From: Cenococcum geophilum
Lineage: Eukaryota
Direction: 5' to 3'
NCBI GenBank assembly: GCA_050273025.1
Contig: CP158636.1
Location: 2,790,001-2,854,000 of the forward strand
DNA length: 64,000 nt
The notes under the pieces were generated by a model, which was not told where the DNA came from, did no database searches, and was given only the letters and a program-made list of their open reading frames with translations. This document shows, in pieces, positions 39,351-51,200 of this stretch. How positions within the stretch are numbered: position 1 is the first letter of the stretch; each line of letters opens with the position of its first letter. The translations under genes were made by a program, and so were the position numbers.

Positions 39351-39590
39351 GACGACCGTCGCCAGAACCAGACGACCGTCGCCAGAACCAGACGACCGTC
39401 GCCAGAACCAGACGACCGTCGCCAGAACCAGACGACCGTCGCCAGAACCAGACGACCGTCGCCAGAACCAGACGACCGTCGCCAGAACCAGACGACCGTC
39501 GCCAGAACCAGACGACCGTCGCCAGAACCAGACGACCGTCGCCAGAACCAGACGACCGTCGCCAGAACCAGACGACCGTCGCCAGAACCA
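39351..39590 (+). repeat. 12 perfect copies of the 20-mer GACGACCGTCGCCAGAACCA
   Basis: Direct reading. Confidence 0.95.
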
Positions 39591-39940
39591 GACGACAACG
39601 ACCAGCCAGCGAACACCACGAACAATTTAATCGATCGATCGATCGAATCGAACCAGAGCCTCGATACAGCCTGTTACCGGATCAAATCGGATCAAGGCCT
39701 CCTAGGGAGGCACCCTAGATGACCACTGTTTGAACCAACTCCTCCCCTAAATTGAATTAGACACTAACACAGGCAGGCCCTAGGCCTAGTTAGGAAATCG
39801 GTACACGACCGGCAGATTATCGGGAACACCGCAATCGACTATTTGGAGCCTCTACGTGAGGTTCCCCCCTGCTCCTCAATCAATCGCTCGAAGCCTAAGC
39901 GGTAGTCTCCCTAAAAAGACGTAGAGCTCCTATAACAGAC

Positions 39941-39989
<49 letters not shown>

Positions 39990-40440
39990 TAGGTAGGTAG
40001 GTAGGTAGGTAGGTAGGTACGTAGGTACGCAGGTACGCAGGCAGGTATATAGGTACGTAGGTAGGTACGTAGGTACGCAGGTACGTAGGCAGGTACGCAG
40101 GTAGGTACGCAGGTAGGTACGTAGGTACGTAGGCAGGTACGTAGGCAGGTAGACAGGCAGGTACGTAGGTAGGTACGTAGGTACGCAGGTATATAGGTAC
40201 GCAGGCAGGTATATAGGTACGCAGGTAGGTACGTAGGTACGCAGGTACGTAGGTAGGTACGTAGGTAGGTACGTAGGTAGGTACGTAGATACGTAGGTAG
40301 GTACGTAGGTAGGTAGACAGGCAGGTACGTAGGTAGGTACGTAGGTACGCAGGCAGGTACGCAGGCAGGTACGTAGGTAGGTACGTAGGCAGGTAGATAG
40401 GTACGCAGATACGCAGGTAGGTAGACAGGTAGGTAAATAG
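39941..40440 (+). repeat. Compound tetranucleotide microsatellite (GCAG/GTAG/GTAC)
   Basis: Direct reading; flanked by two diverged ~90-bp direct repeats (cctagttaggaaatc.. at ~39785 and ~40448). Confidence 0.92.
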
Positions 40441-43400
40441 GCATTGGACCTAGTTAGGAAATCAGTATACGGGTAGCGGATTATCTAGACTAGCCAATTA
40501 ACGATTTAGAGCCTCTGCGAAAGGCTCCCCCCTTTAACTGCTATTAATTTAATTTTAAAAAATTTAATTTTATAAATATTATAGCTATAAGAAATATTAT
40601 AAATATTACAGTTATAGGAAATATTATAAATATTATAACTATTAGATATAAAGTAGCTAAAGTAGCTAAAGTGGCTAAAGTGGCCCCGGGCTAGCGTAAA
40701 GAAGTGTACATGAGCAGATCAGCGGATCCAGCTAAAATGACCCCGGGCCAGCCCCGGGCTAGCCCCTAGCTAGCCCTTACCACTCTCCCGTTTTCCTGAC
40801 GTAGGTTTTCTAGTAGTTCCTAGGTAGTCTTGTTATAGCCTATTTACTTTACTTTATACTATATTTTATTATCTATATCCTTATAACTAATAATCTTTAA
40901 AACTTACTATTTATCTTCCTTTTGTCCTTTATACGTGTCTGCCTTATAGACTAGTAGCTTAACATTTCCGTATACTAGCTCTAGTATTACAATATGCTAT
41001 ATAGGGTAGATCTTTATCCTAGCTAGTAGGTTTAACTTAAATATAACCGGTGAAATTTTCTATACAATTTCGAAAGGTCCTAGTCTGACGTAGTCTAACT
41101 TCTTGCTTAGTTGTTAACTTTTAAAATTTTTATATAGTAGCCATACTTTATCTCCCTCCTTAAGATCTAGTCCCTTAGATCTCCTAGCATCGTAGTATCT
41201 TTTTATCCTTTGTTGTACCACCTTAGCTGTTTCCGTAAGGTCTGCATAAAGATTTATTAAGCTTTTCATTCTTTACTTAGCTGTACTACTTATCTTCTTT
41301 GCTTATTATGGCGATAGCGAGGTTCTTAGCTTATACCCGTAATTCGCCTTAAATAGTAACGTGCCTATTCCTTCTTATGGTGTTATATTATATGCGAACT
41401 ATGTAATTAGTAATAGCGATACCTAATTGTTTTATGCGTAATTAATATAATGTTTTAGATACTATTCTAGTATCTAGTTTAATCTTTCCGTTTAACCGTC
41501 TGTCTATAGATAATATGCGGTGGAAGTTGCTGCTTAAACTCCTTGCTCTACTAAAAATACTTCCTAAAATGCTGCTATAAATCTTAGATCTCTGTCTAAT
41601 ATAATTTTACTTAGTACTCTATGTCTTACAAACACTTCTTTTATATAGATTCTAGCGATATCTTCCGCTAATATTTCTTCTAAATATACTATAAAGTATC
41701 CCTACTTTATAAGCTTGTCTATTATTACTAAGATTGCGTTATAATCTTGTCCGGTAATAGGGTTTTTTAACTTTAGTAACTTAATAATAAAGTTTTATAA
41801 TATAACTTCCTATAGTCTCTCTAGTATTTTAATAGGTTATAGTTCTCCATATAGCTTATACCTTATTAGTTTGTTCCTTTAGCAATCTAAATATTCTTTT
41901 ATAACTTATCTGGCTAATCCCTAGATTTTATTAATAATATACTCCTTTTAAAGTCTTAATACTAAGCCTGCAGCTCCGTTATATCCTTAAGTTAGTCCCT
42001 TATAAAATAACTTAATAAACTCTTTTATGATAGTTCTTGGTACGTATATTACTTCTTAATTTTTGTACTACTCTAAGTCTGGATCCTCTACCTATACGTC
42101 TTAGATTTTTTATATCTAATTACTCTCTAGTAATTTATAGATCTTCTCTTCTTATATTACTATAATCTTTGGGTAATTATATTTAATTAATCTATCTGTA
42201 TCTTTTTGTAATAAAGCCCCTAATGGCTTCTTATTATTTTATAGTTTAGCTTTTCTGCTTAAAGCATCTGCTCGTATATTTTCTGTACCCTTAGTATACT
42301 AAATCTTGAAATAGTATTCTATAAGCATCTCTGCCCATCTAACTTATCTACGGTTAAGTTCTTTCGTTATTAGGAACCCCATTAGGTTTTTATAATCTAT
42401 TTTAACTATAAATAGTTTTTCTATACCTTATAAGAATAATCTCTATTCCTTTAATACTATAACTATACCTAGCAACTCCTTATTATAGATGTTATAGTTT
42501 AGTTCTAGTAGTGTTATTTTCCGACTATAGTATACTACTAGGTGCCATCCATCTTAATATTTCTATAGGAAGTACGCCCCTAGTGTATAGTCTGATGTAT
42601 CTGTTTTAACCACTATCTTTAACCGTAGTTAATAGATTTTAAGAACTGGCTTCTAGGTAAATAACTATTTAATTCTTTTAAACAGTTTCTTTTATTCCTC
42701 TCCCTATGCCCATAGTTCTTCCTTCTTTATTAGTTTTGTAAGTGGCTTAATATCCTTTAACTATTAAGCTATAAACCTTCTACAGTAATTGTAGAACCCT
42801 AGAAATAACCTTAACTGTGTTATATTTTCTAGTTCTTACCAATTTACTATGGCCTCGATCTTTCTTAAATCTATACTAAGTTAGCCTAGTTTAATAATAA
42901 ATCCAACAAAATCTATCTTTTTAGTAAAGAACTCGTATTTTTTAATTGTTACTAGTATCTGTTCTTCTTATAGTCTCTTTAAGACCTATTTAACGTGTTC
43001 TTTATATTCTTCCTTACTTATTAAGTAGATAATAATATTGTTGAGGTATACCATAACAAATTTATCTAAATGTTCTCTTAATATATTATTAATACGTTTC
43101 TAAAACGTTACTAGTGCGTTTATAAGCCCGAATTATATAACTAATAGTTTATATAGTCCTTCCTTTAACCTAAAGGCTGCCTTTTATTTATTGCCTTCCT
43201 TAATCCTAATCTAATAGTACGCCCATCTTAGATCTATCTTCGTAAAGATTTGCGCATTACCGATCCTGTCTTAGATCTTGCTAATTAAGAGTAAAGGATA
43301 CCTATCCTTCCTAGTAATGCTATTTAACTGTCTATAGTTAATATATAGCCTAAGTTTTCTATTTTTTTTTAGTACGAATAGTACTGGATATCCCGCTAAT

Positions 43401-45399
43401 AACTATAATAGTCTAATATATTTTTTTTTAAAGATTTTCCTGGATAAACTCCTTAAGTGCCTATAACTCTTTTTCTATTAACTTATAAGTTGGGTAGAAC
43501 CTTAGACTCGTTTCTAGTTCTAACTCTATCTTATAATCCTATGCCGTATAATCTAATAACTTTTCACTTTCTAGTAACTATAACTTTTTACTATACTTAT
43601 AGTATCTCTTTAATACATAGCTTAATCCTTAATTGGTTTTCTTATATATCGCTCTAACCTAGTACTATACTAACTTAGTTTATTATTGTATTTTACGTTA
43701 TTATATATCTCTAATATTAACCTAACCTATAACCTAATTAATCTTTAGATTATATTCCTATAACTAAGGCATTCCTAATACTGCCTTATTATTCCCTAAT
43801 AGTAATATATTAAAAGACATCTTAATTTATCTCCCTTTAATAGTTATCTAAATTGGTCCTATTTTAAGATTGATAATGCCTCCTCTGTAGGCTATTGGAT
43901 CTCCTAAAATTGTTACTAATAAATAAGGGTGCTCTTTTTGCCTATATGGTATCCCTATCCTTTTAACTGCTGCTAGTAAGATATGGTTTCTTATTACTCC
44001 ACTATCTACTAATACTTTAAACTGTTGATTTTACTATTTAATTCTTAAGTTTAGGTGTTGTCCTTAAATTCCTTTAAGGGTCTAAGGCTCTATTACTAGC
44101 TCCCTCTAGTTTTATAGGCCTCTACTTTTCCTAACTATTAGCTGCTTAATTCTATCGCACTTAGCTTATTCTTTAGCCAATGCCTAGTTTGCTTTTTATC
44201 TTTAATATACTATAGATAGGTATTCTCTTAATATTTCTACTATTATCGTCCTTCTAAGTATTCTTCTATAAGGAATCTTCCTAGTTAAAGTGTTAAATTT
44301 CCTTCCTCTTAGGCTTTTGTTGGATGCCAGCTATGTATATATTTAGTATTCCTATACTATTGCTTATCTATTATCCAGTATATCCTTATAGGGTATTTTT
44401 AATTCTTTTCCTTTGGATTCTTGTGCATTTTGTATATATTGTCTATATATGCAATCTATAATAGTGTATAGTATGCTAGGTGTTTTAGGTTAACTCTTGG
44501 CTTATCTTTATCTTTAAGTTTAAACCTCTATTATACTAATCTAAACGTTATAACCTTATTCGCGGGTGTAACGGAACCTTATAGTAGGAACTATAATAGG
44601 TTCTATTAATGGGCTAGGTGTGTAGGAAATACAAAAACAGTAGTTAACAACGTAGTTATAACTGGTAGAGTAGTTACCTAACAGATTAACTCTAATTATA
44701 TTCTAAGAATTACTATAAGGAAAGAACTATCTAGGTAGGGACTAAGGGTCCTTAAATACATAACTGTACTCCTATGAAATCCTCCTTATACGCGATATAT
44801 GTGTTATATATAAGGTATATAAGTTCCCTTCGTTCCTCGCGTTTCTTACGTAGCACTTTATATAACCTTAGCTACTATTCCTCGTTATATAGTTCCACGG
44901 GTTCTATCCTAAACCGTGCTTATATTAACCAACTAGCTTCTTCTAACTCTTCTCTAAGTAGTTATAATATTATACTTAAAGCGTCCGTAACACTATCTCC
45001 CTCCTCTTTATCTTCGTCCTTAAAGATACCTAATATCTCTAAGTTGTTTACTAGAGGTGTAATATCTGTCTACATCGGCAAAATATGGTACCCTTTCAAT
45101 GGCCTCAATGGTTGGTGGTTGACGCAATTGGCGCGCAGTTGAGGGCATTTGGCAACTCGACCGACTAGCCTATATCGTGTTTTTTTGACACGCAGCCTGC
45201 GCGCAGCCTGCGCGCAACCTGCGTGCAACCTACGCGCAACCTGCCAGCAATCTGCGCATTTGGCAACCATAATTATATTTACCTCTTTTATACTAATAAT
45301 ATATTTTAAATAAATAAAAGCTATTTTAAAGCTATTTATAAGGCTAGCAAAATAAATATTATTATTTTAGATAATTTAATATAATATAGCGATGGTTCT

Positions 45400-45800
45400 C
45401 TTCTACCTATCTACCTATTGACTTACCTACCTACCTGCATCGCCTACCTATTTACATCGCCTACCTATCTACATCTACCTGTCTATATTTGCCTACCTAT
45501 CTATATCTGCCTACCTATCTATATTTACCTACCTGTTAGTATCTACCTACCTATCTATATCTGCTTACCTGTCTGCATCTACCTACCTATTTATATCTAC
45601 TTATCTATATCTGCCTACCTATCTATATCTGCCTACCCGTTAGCATCTACCTACCTATCTATATCTGCTTGCCTATCTATATCTACTTACCTATCTGTAT
45701 CTACCTGCCTATCTATATCTACTTACCTGTCTGCATCTACCTACCTATCTATATCTACCTACCCGTTAGCATCTACCTGTTTGTGCCTACCTGTCTGTGC
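45400..45800 (+). repeat. CTAC/CTAT/CTGC-based compound microsatellite in H
   Basis: Reverse-orientation relative of 39941-40440. Confidence 0.88.
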
Positions 45801-45859
45801 TACCTTAATTCGATCAATCGATCGAATCGTTTATAGTGTTGGCTGGCTAGTCGTTGTTG

Positions 45860-46522
45860 TCTGGCTCTGGCGACGGTTGTCTGGTTCTGGCGACGGTCGT
45901 CTGGTTCTGGCGACAGTCGTCTGGCTCTGGCAACGGTCGTCTAGTTCTGGTAACGGTCGTCTGGTTCTGGTAACGGTCGTCTGGCTGGCGACGGTCGTCT
46001 GGTTCTGGCGACAGTCGTCTGGTTCTGGCGACGGTCGTCTGGCTCTGGCAACGGTCGTCTAGTTCTGGTAACGGTCGTCTGGTTCTGGCGACGGTCGTCT
46101 GGTTCTGGTAACGGTCGTCTGGCTGGCGACGGTCGTCTGGTTCTGGCGACGGTCGTCTGGTTCTGGTGACAGTCGTCTGGTTCTAGCGACGGTCGTCTGG
46201 CTCTGGCAACGGTCGTCTGGTTCTGGTAACGGTCGTCTGGCTGGCGACGGTCGTCTGGTTCTGGCGACAGTCGTCTGGTTCTGGTAACGGTCGTCTGGCT
46301 GGCGACGGTCGTCTGGTTCTGGTAACGGTCGTCTGGCTGGCGACGGTCGTCTGGTTCTGGTAACGGTCGTCTGGCTGGCGACGGTCGTCTGGTTCTAGCG
46401 ACGATCGTCTAGCTCTAGCAACGGTCGTCTGGTTCTGGCAACGGTCGTCTAGCTGGCGATGGTCGTCTAGTTCTGGTAACGGTCATCTAGTTCTGGCGAC
46501 GGTCGTCTAGTTCTAGCAACGG
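45860..46522 (-). repeat. 20-mer array (TGGTTCTGGCGACGGTCGTC) with 14-bp variants in H
   Basis: Reverse complement of the unit at 39351-39590. Confidence 0.92.
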
Positions 46523-46656
46523 TTCTCTGCTGGCTGCCGTTCTGGTGCCTCCCTAGGTAGGGAGGATATAAAGAAGGAAGGAAGGGTAAAAAATAAGGTG
46601 GCTACATAGGGTAGAGGCACGTGTAGAGGCTATCGGGAATATAGCGGGGACCCGAT

Positions 46657-47032
46657 GCAGAGCTTCGTGTAGAGCCTCTGTACGCAGAGCTTCGCGCAGA
46701 GCCTCGTGCAGAGCCTCTGTACGCAGAGCTTCTCGCAGAGCCTCGTGCAGAGCCTCTGTACGCAGAGCTTCGCGCAGACCCTCGCGCAGAGCCTCGCGCA
46801 GAGCCTCGTGCAGAGCTTCGTGCAGAGCTTCGCGCAGAGCCTCGTGCAGAGCTTCGTGCAGAGCTTCGTGCAGAGCCTCTGTACGCAGAGCTTCGTGTAG
46901 AGCCTCGTGTAGAGCCTTATGCGAAGCTTCGTGCAGAGCTTTGTGCAGAGCCTCTATGCGCAGAGCTTCGTGCAGAGCCTCTGTACGCAGAGCTTCGTGT
47001 AGAGCTTCGTGTAGAGCCTCGTGCAGAGCCTC
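46657..47032 (-). repeat. 12/15-mer array (GTGCAGAGCTTC) in H
   Basis: Reverse complement of the GAAGCTCTGCAC unit in X. Confidence 0.9.
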
Positions 47033-47040
47033 CAAGTAAT

Positions 47041-47515
47041 AAGACTATAAGATTGTATAAGATTGTATAAGATTGTATAAGATTGTATAAGATTGTATAA
47101 GATTGTATAAGATTGTATAAGATTATATATAATAGTTAAATATATAGTATATAACTTTACCTTAATCGCACGTTAAGAAATATACAGTTAGCTTTTAAAG
47201 TTGTTAAGTAGGTTAACTGCATATCGAGTTAGTTAAATTATATATTAAGTAGGTTAACTACGTGTTAAGTTAGTTAAATTACATATTAAGTAGGTCAACT
47301 GCGTATTAAGTTAGTTAAATTGCATATTAAGTAGGTTAACTGCGTGTTAAGTTAGTTAAATTATATATTAAGTAGGTTAACTGCGTATTAAGTTAGTTAA
47401 ATTGCATATTAAGTAGGTTAACTGCGTGTCGAGTTAGTTAAATTATATGTTAAGTAGGTCAACTGCGTGTTAAGTTAGTTAATTACGTGTCGAGTTAGTT
47501 AAATTATATATTAAT
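47041..47515 (+). repeat. (GATTGTATAA)n array (47041-47125) and 20/40-bp dimeric array (47200-47515) in H
   Basis: Direct reading (ttaagtaggttaactgcgtg / ttaagttagttaaattatata alternation). Confidence 0.85.
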
Positions 47516-47605
47516 TACGCGAAACGCGAAAACTAAAGTCTACTTAAATCTCATCCTGCGAATATTTTCCCGATGTAATTAATTTAGTTAATATTGTTAC
47601 TTATA

Positions 47606-48290
47606 ATACCTAAAGCTTCTTTTTCTTTATACGCGCAACATTGTGCTCGCACTATTACTGTAATATTATTACTTAGTAAAATAATACTATCTCCATATTT
47701 TCGTTGCTTAAAAGAGGGGCTAGTATATATTACGTTAGCGAGTCCTTTATCTCGGCAACCCTCCTCTTATTTAGAGTGCACTAAAGTAAACGTTTAATTG
47801 TCTTACGATATTCGCTCTACTTCTAACACTAAGTATACGCGTCTTATAACCCTTAATAGTCTCTAAGTTCCCTAAGTAATTTGTTATAGGGTTTTATATT
47901 TAATCTACTACTATAAAGCTTAATAGTAACCTAGCGTAAGCCCTTACTAAACTTAAACGTTCTTAGGATACGGAATAGAAGGCTTTAGATACTCGCATTA
48001 CGGTGTTTACCTATCTACTTTGTCTTAAGAAAGTATATAAGAAGGTCTGTTTTAAGGAGTAGAAGCTTATAAAATAGGGTCTTTAGGAACTAGGTAATAA
48101 GAGAACTAACTCTCCTCCTATAGTAAGGGGAATAACTCTAAGTAGTTTAGCAGCCGCTCTTCCTAGGTCCCTCTTAGGTGACTTATTCTTTAATAATCCT
48201 TCTTTATTAATATTACCTAACCTATTTTCTTTTAATACTCCTATACCTTTTCTATAGCATTTTTTAAATTCTCTAGTAGCTCCTAGGTAG
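47606..48290 (+). pseudogene. Antisense Cys6/coiled-coil gene of F-c
   Basis: Includes ORF 47594..47797 (..RCLKEGLVYITLASPLSRQPSSYLECTK); 685 nt. Confidence 0.6.
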
Positions 48291-51200
48291 TTTTAGTATA
48301 GCTTATTTACTTAACCTTATACTATATTTTATTGTTAATGTCCTTATAACTAATAATCCTTAAAACTTACTATTTATCTTCTTCTTAACCTCTATACGTA
48401 TCTGCCTCGTAAACTGGTAGCTTAATATTCCTATATACTAGCTCTAGTATTACAATATACTATATAGGGTAGATCTTTATTTTAGCTAGTAGGTTTAACT
48501 TAAACATAACTAGTAAAATTTTTTATATAATTTTAAAAGGTCCTAGTCTAATATGGTCCAACTTCTTACTTAGTTATTAACTTTTAAAATTTTTGTGTAG
48601 TAGCCATACTTTATCTCCCTCCTTAAGATCTGGTCCCTTAGATCTCTTAGCATTATAGTACTTTTTTATTCTTTACTATACTGCCTTAGCTATTTCTATA
48701 AAGTTTGTATAAAAATTCATTAAAGTCTCTATCTTTTGCTTAGCTTTACTACTCGTTTTCTTTACTTAATGTGGCGATAATAATGTTCTTAGCTTATATC
48801 TATAGTTCGCCTTAAATAGTAACGTACCTATTCCTTCTTATAGTGTTATATTATATGTAAATTATATAACTAGTAATAGCAATACCTAATTATTCTATAT
48901 ATAATTAATATAGTGCTTTAAATACTGCTCTAGTATCTAATTTAATCTTTCTATTTAACCGTCTGTCTGCGGATAATATGCAGTGGAAGTTGCTGCTTAA
49001 ACTCCTTATTCTGCTAAGAATACCTCCTAGAATACTGCTATAAATCTTAGATCTCTATCTAATATAATCTTACTTAATACTCTGTGTCTTATAAATACTT
49101 CTTTAATATAGATTTTAGCGACATCTTCCGCTAAGATTTCTTCCGTATAGGCTATAAAGTATCCCTACTTTGTAAGCTTATCTACTATCACTAAAATCGC
49201 GTTATAATCCTATCTAGTAATAGGATCTCTTAACTTTAGTAACTTAATAATAAAGTCCTATAATATAACCTTCTATAGTCTCTCTAGTATTTTAATAGGT
49301 TATAGCCCTCTATATAGCTTATGCCTTATTAGTTTATTCCTTTAGCAATCTAAACATTCTTTAGTGACCTTTCTAGCTATCCTTTAGATTCCGTTATTTA
49401 ATGTACTCCTCTTAGAGTCTTAACACTAAGCCCGTGGCTCCATTATGTCCTTAAGTTAGTCCCTTATAGAAGTCCTCTATAAACTGCTTTGCTATACTTC
49501 TTAGGATATACTTTACTTCTTAATTTTTGTATATATCTAACTATAGATCTTCTAGCTATACCTTTAGAATTCTTTATACCTAAAAGCTTTCTGGTGTCTC
49601 GTAGACCTTTTCTAACTTATTTTCTTAAGTTGCTATAATTTTTAGATAATTATACCTAATTAGTCTATCTATATCTTTTTGTAGTAAAGCCCCTAATAGC
49701 TTATCGTCATTATATAATTTAGCCCTTTAACTTAACGCATCGGCTTATGTGTTGTCTATAACCTTAGTATACTAAATCTTAAAATAGTATTTTATAAGTA
49801 TCTCTACCTATCTAACCTATCTTTAGTTAAGTTCCTTTATTGTTAGGAATCCTATTAGGTTCTTATAATCTGTTTTAACCATAAATAGTTTTTCTATACC
49901 TTATAAGAATGCTCTCTATTTTTTTAGTGCTGCAACTATACCTAATAACTCCTTATTATAGATGTTATAGTTTAACTCTAATAGTATTATCTTCCGACTG
50001 TAATATGCCACTAGATGCTATTTATTTAAATACTTTTATATAAAATATACTCCTAGTATAAAGTCTAATACATCTATTTCTATAACCGTCTCTAGTCCTA
50101 GTTAATAGATCTTAAGAACTGGCTCCTAGGTAAATAACCCTTTAACTTTCTTAAAGAGTTTTTGCTATTCCTCTTCCTATACCTATAGTTCTTCTTTCTT
50201 TATTAATCGCGTAAATAGTTTAATATCCTTTAACTATTACGCTATAAACCTTCTATAGTAATTACAAAACCCTAGGAACAATCTTAACTATATAACGTTC
50301 TCTAGTTCTTACCAATTTATTATAGCCTTAATTTTCTTTAGATCTATGCTAAGTTAGTCTAGTTTAATAATAAATCTAATAAAATCGGTCTTCCTGGTAA
50401 AGAATTTGTATTTCTTAATTGCTACTAGCATCTATTCTTCTTATAGTCTCTTTAAAACCCATTTAATGTATTCTCCATATTCCTCCTTATTTATTAAGTA
50501 GATAATAATATTATTAAGGTATACCATAATAAATTCATCCAAATATTCTCCTAATATATTATTAATACGCTTTTAAAACGTTGCTAGTGCGTTTATAAGC
50601 CCAAATTATATAACTAATAGTTTATATAGTCCTTCCTTTAACCTAAAGGCTGCCTTCTATTTATCGCCTTCCTTAATCCTAATCTAATAGTACGCCTATC
50701 TTAGATCTATCTTTATAAAGATTTGCGCATTACTAATCCTATCTTAGATCTTGCTAATTAAGGGTAAAGGATATCTATTTTTTCTAGTAATGCTGTTTAA
50801 CTATCTATAGTTAATACACAGCCTTAGTTTGTTATTCTTCTTTGGTATAAATAGTACTAGATAACCTGCTAATAACTGCAATAGTCTAATATATCCCTTC
50901 TATAAGTTCTCTTAGATAAACTCTTTTAATACTCTACCTTCTTCTTTAGTAAGCTTATAGATTGGAAAGAACCTTAGACTTATTCCTAGATCTAATTCTA
51001 TTTTATAATCCTATGCTACATACTCTAATAGCTTTTCGCTTTTAGGTGACTATAGTTTCTTACCATACTTATAGTATCTCTTTAGTATATAGCTTAGCCC
51101 TTTTTCTATTTCTTTATAGGTCGCTCCTACTTAGTACTATACTAACTTAGCTTATTATCGTATCTTACGGCGTTAAGTATCTCTAATATCGACCTAACCT

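Larger units (their letters stand above)
38852..40801. mobile_element. 1.95-kb non-autonomous TIR element G (TA TSD) filled with tandem repeats
   Basis: Perfect 17-bp TIR CGTCAGGAAAACGGGAG; TA at 38850-38851 and 40802-40803; absent from the other F copies. Confidence 0.9.
38191..40827 (+). pseudogene. Antisense Cys6/coiled-coil gene of F-b, interrupted by element G
   Basis: ATG retained: MPKASSSLYAQRCARTI..; G is inserted near the 3' end. Confidence 0.6.
45073..47575. mobile_element. 2.5-kb non-autonomous TIR element H (TA TSD) filled with tandem repeats
   Basis: 14-bp TIR CATCGGSAAAATAT; TA at 45071-45072 and 47576-47577; the empty site tatccgtytaattaattt is seen in other F copies. Confidence 0.9.

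Noticed and set aside
39351..39590. CRISPR-like appearance of the 20-mer array
   Set aside because: Units are contiguous with no unique spacers, there are no cas genes, and the context is eukaryotic.
39305..40444. ORFs 39305..39718, 39911..40444 and 45418..46062
   Set aside because: Translations of minisatellites and microsatellites.
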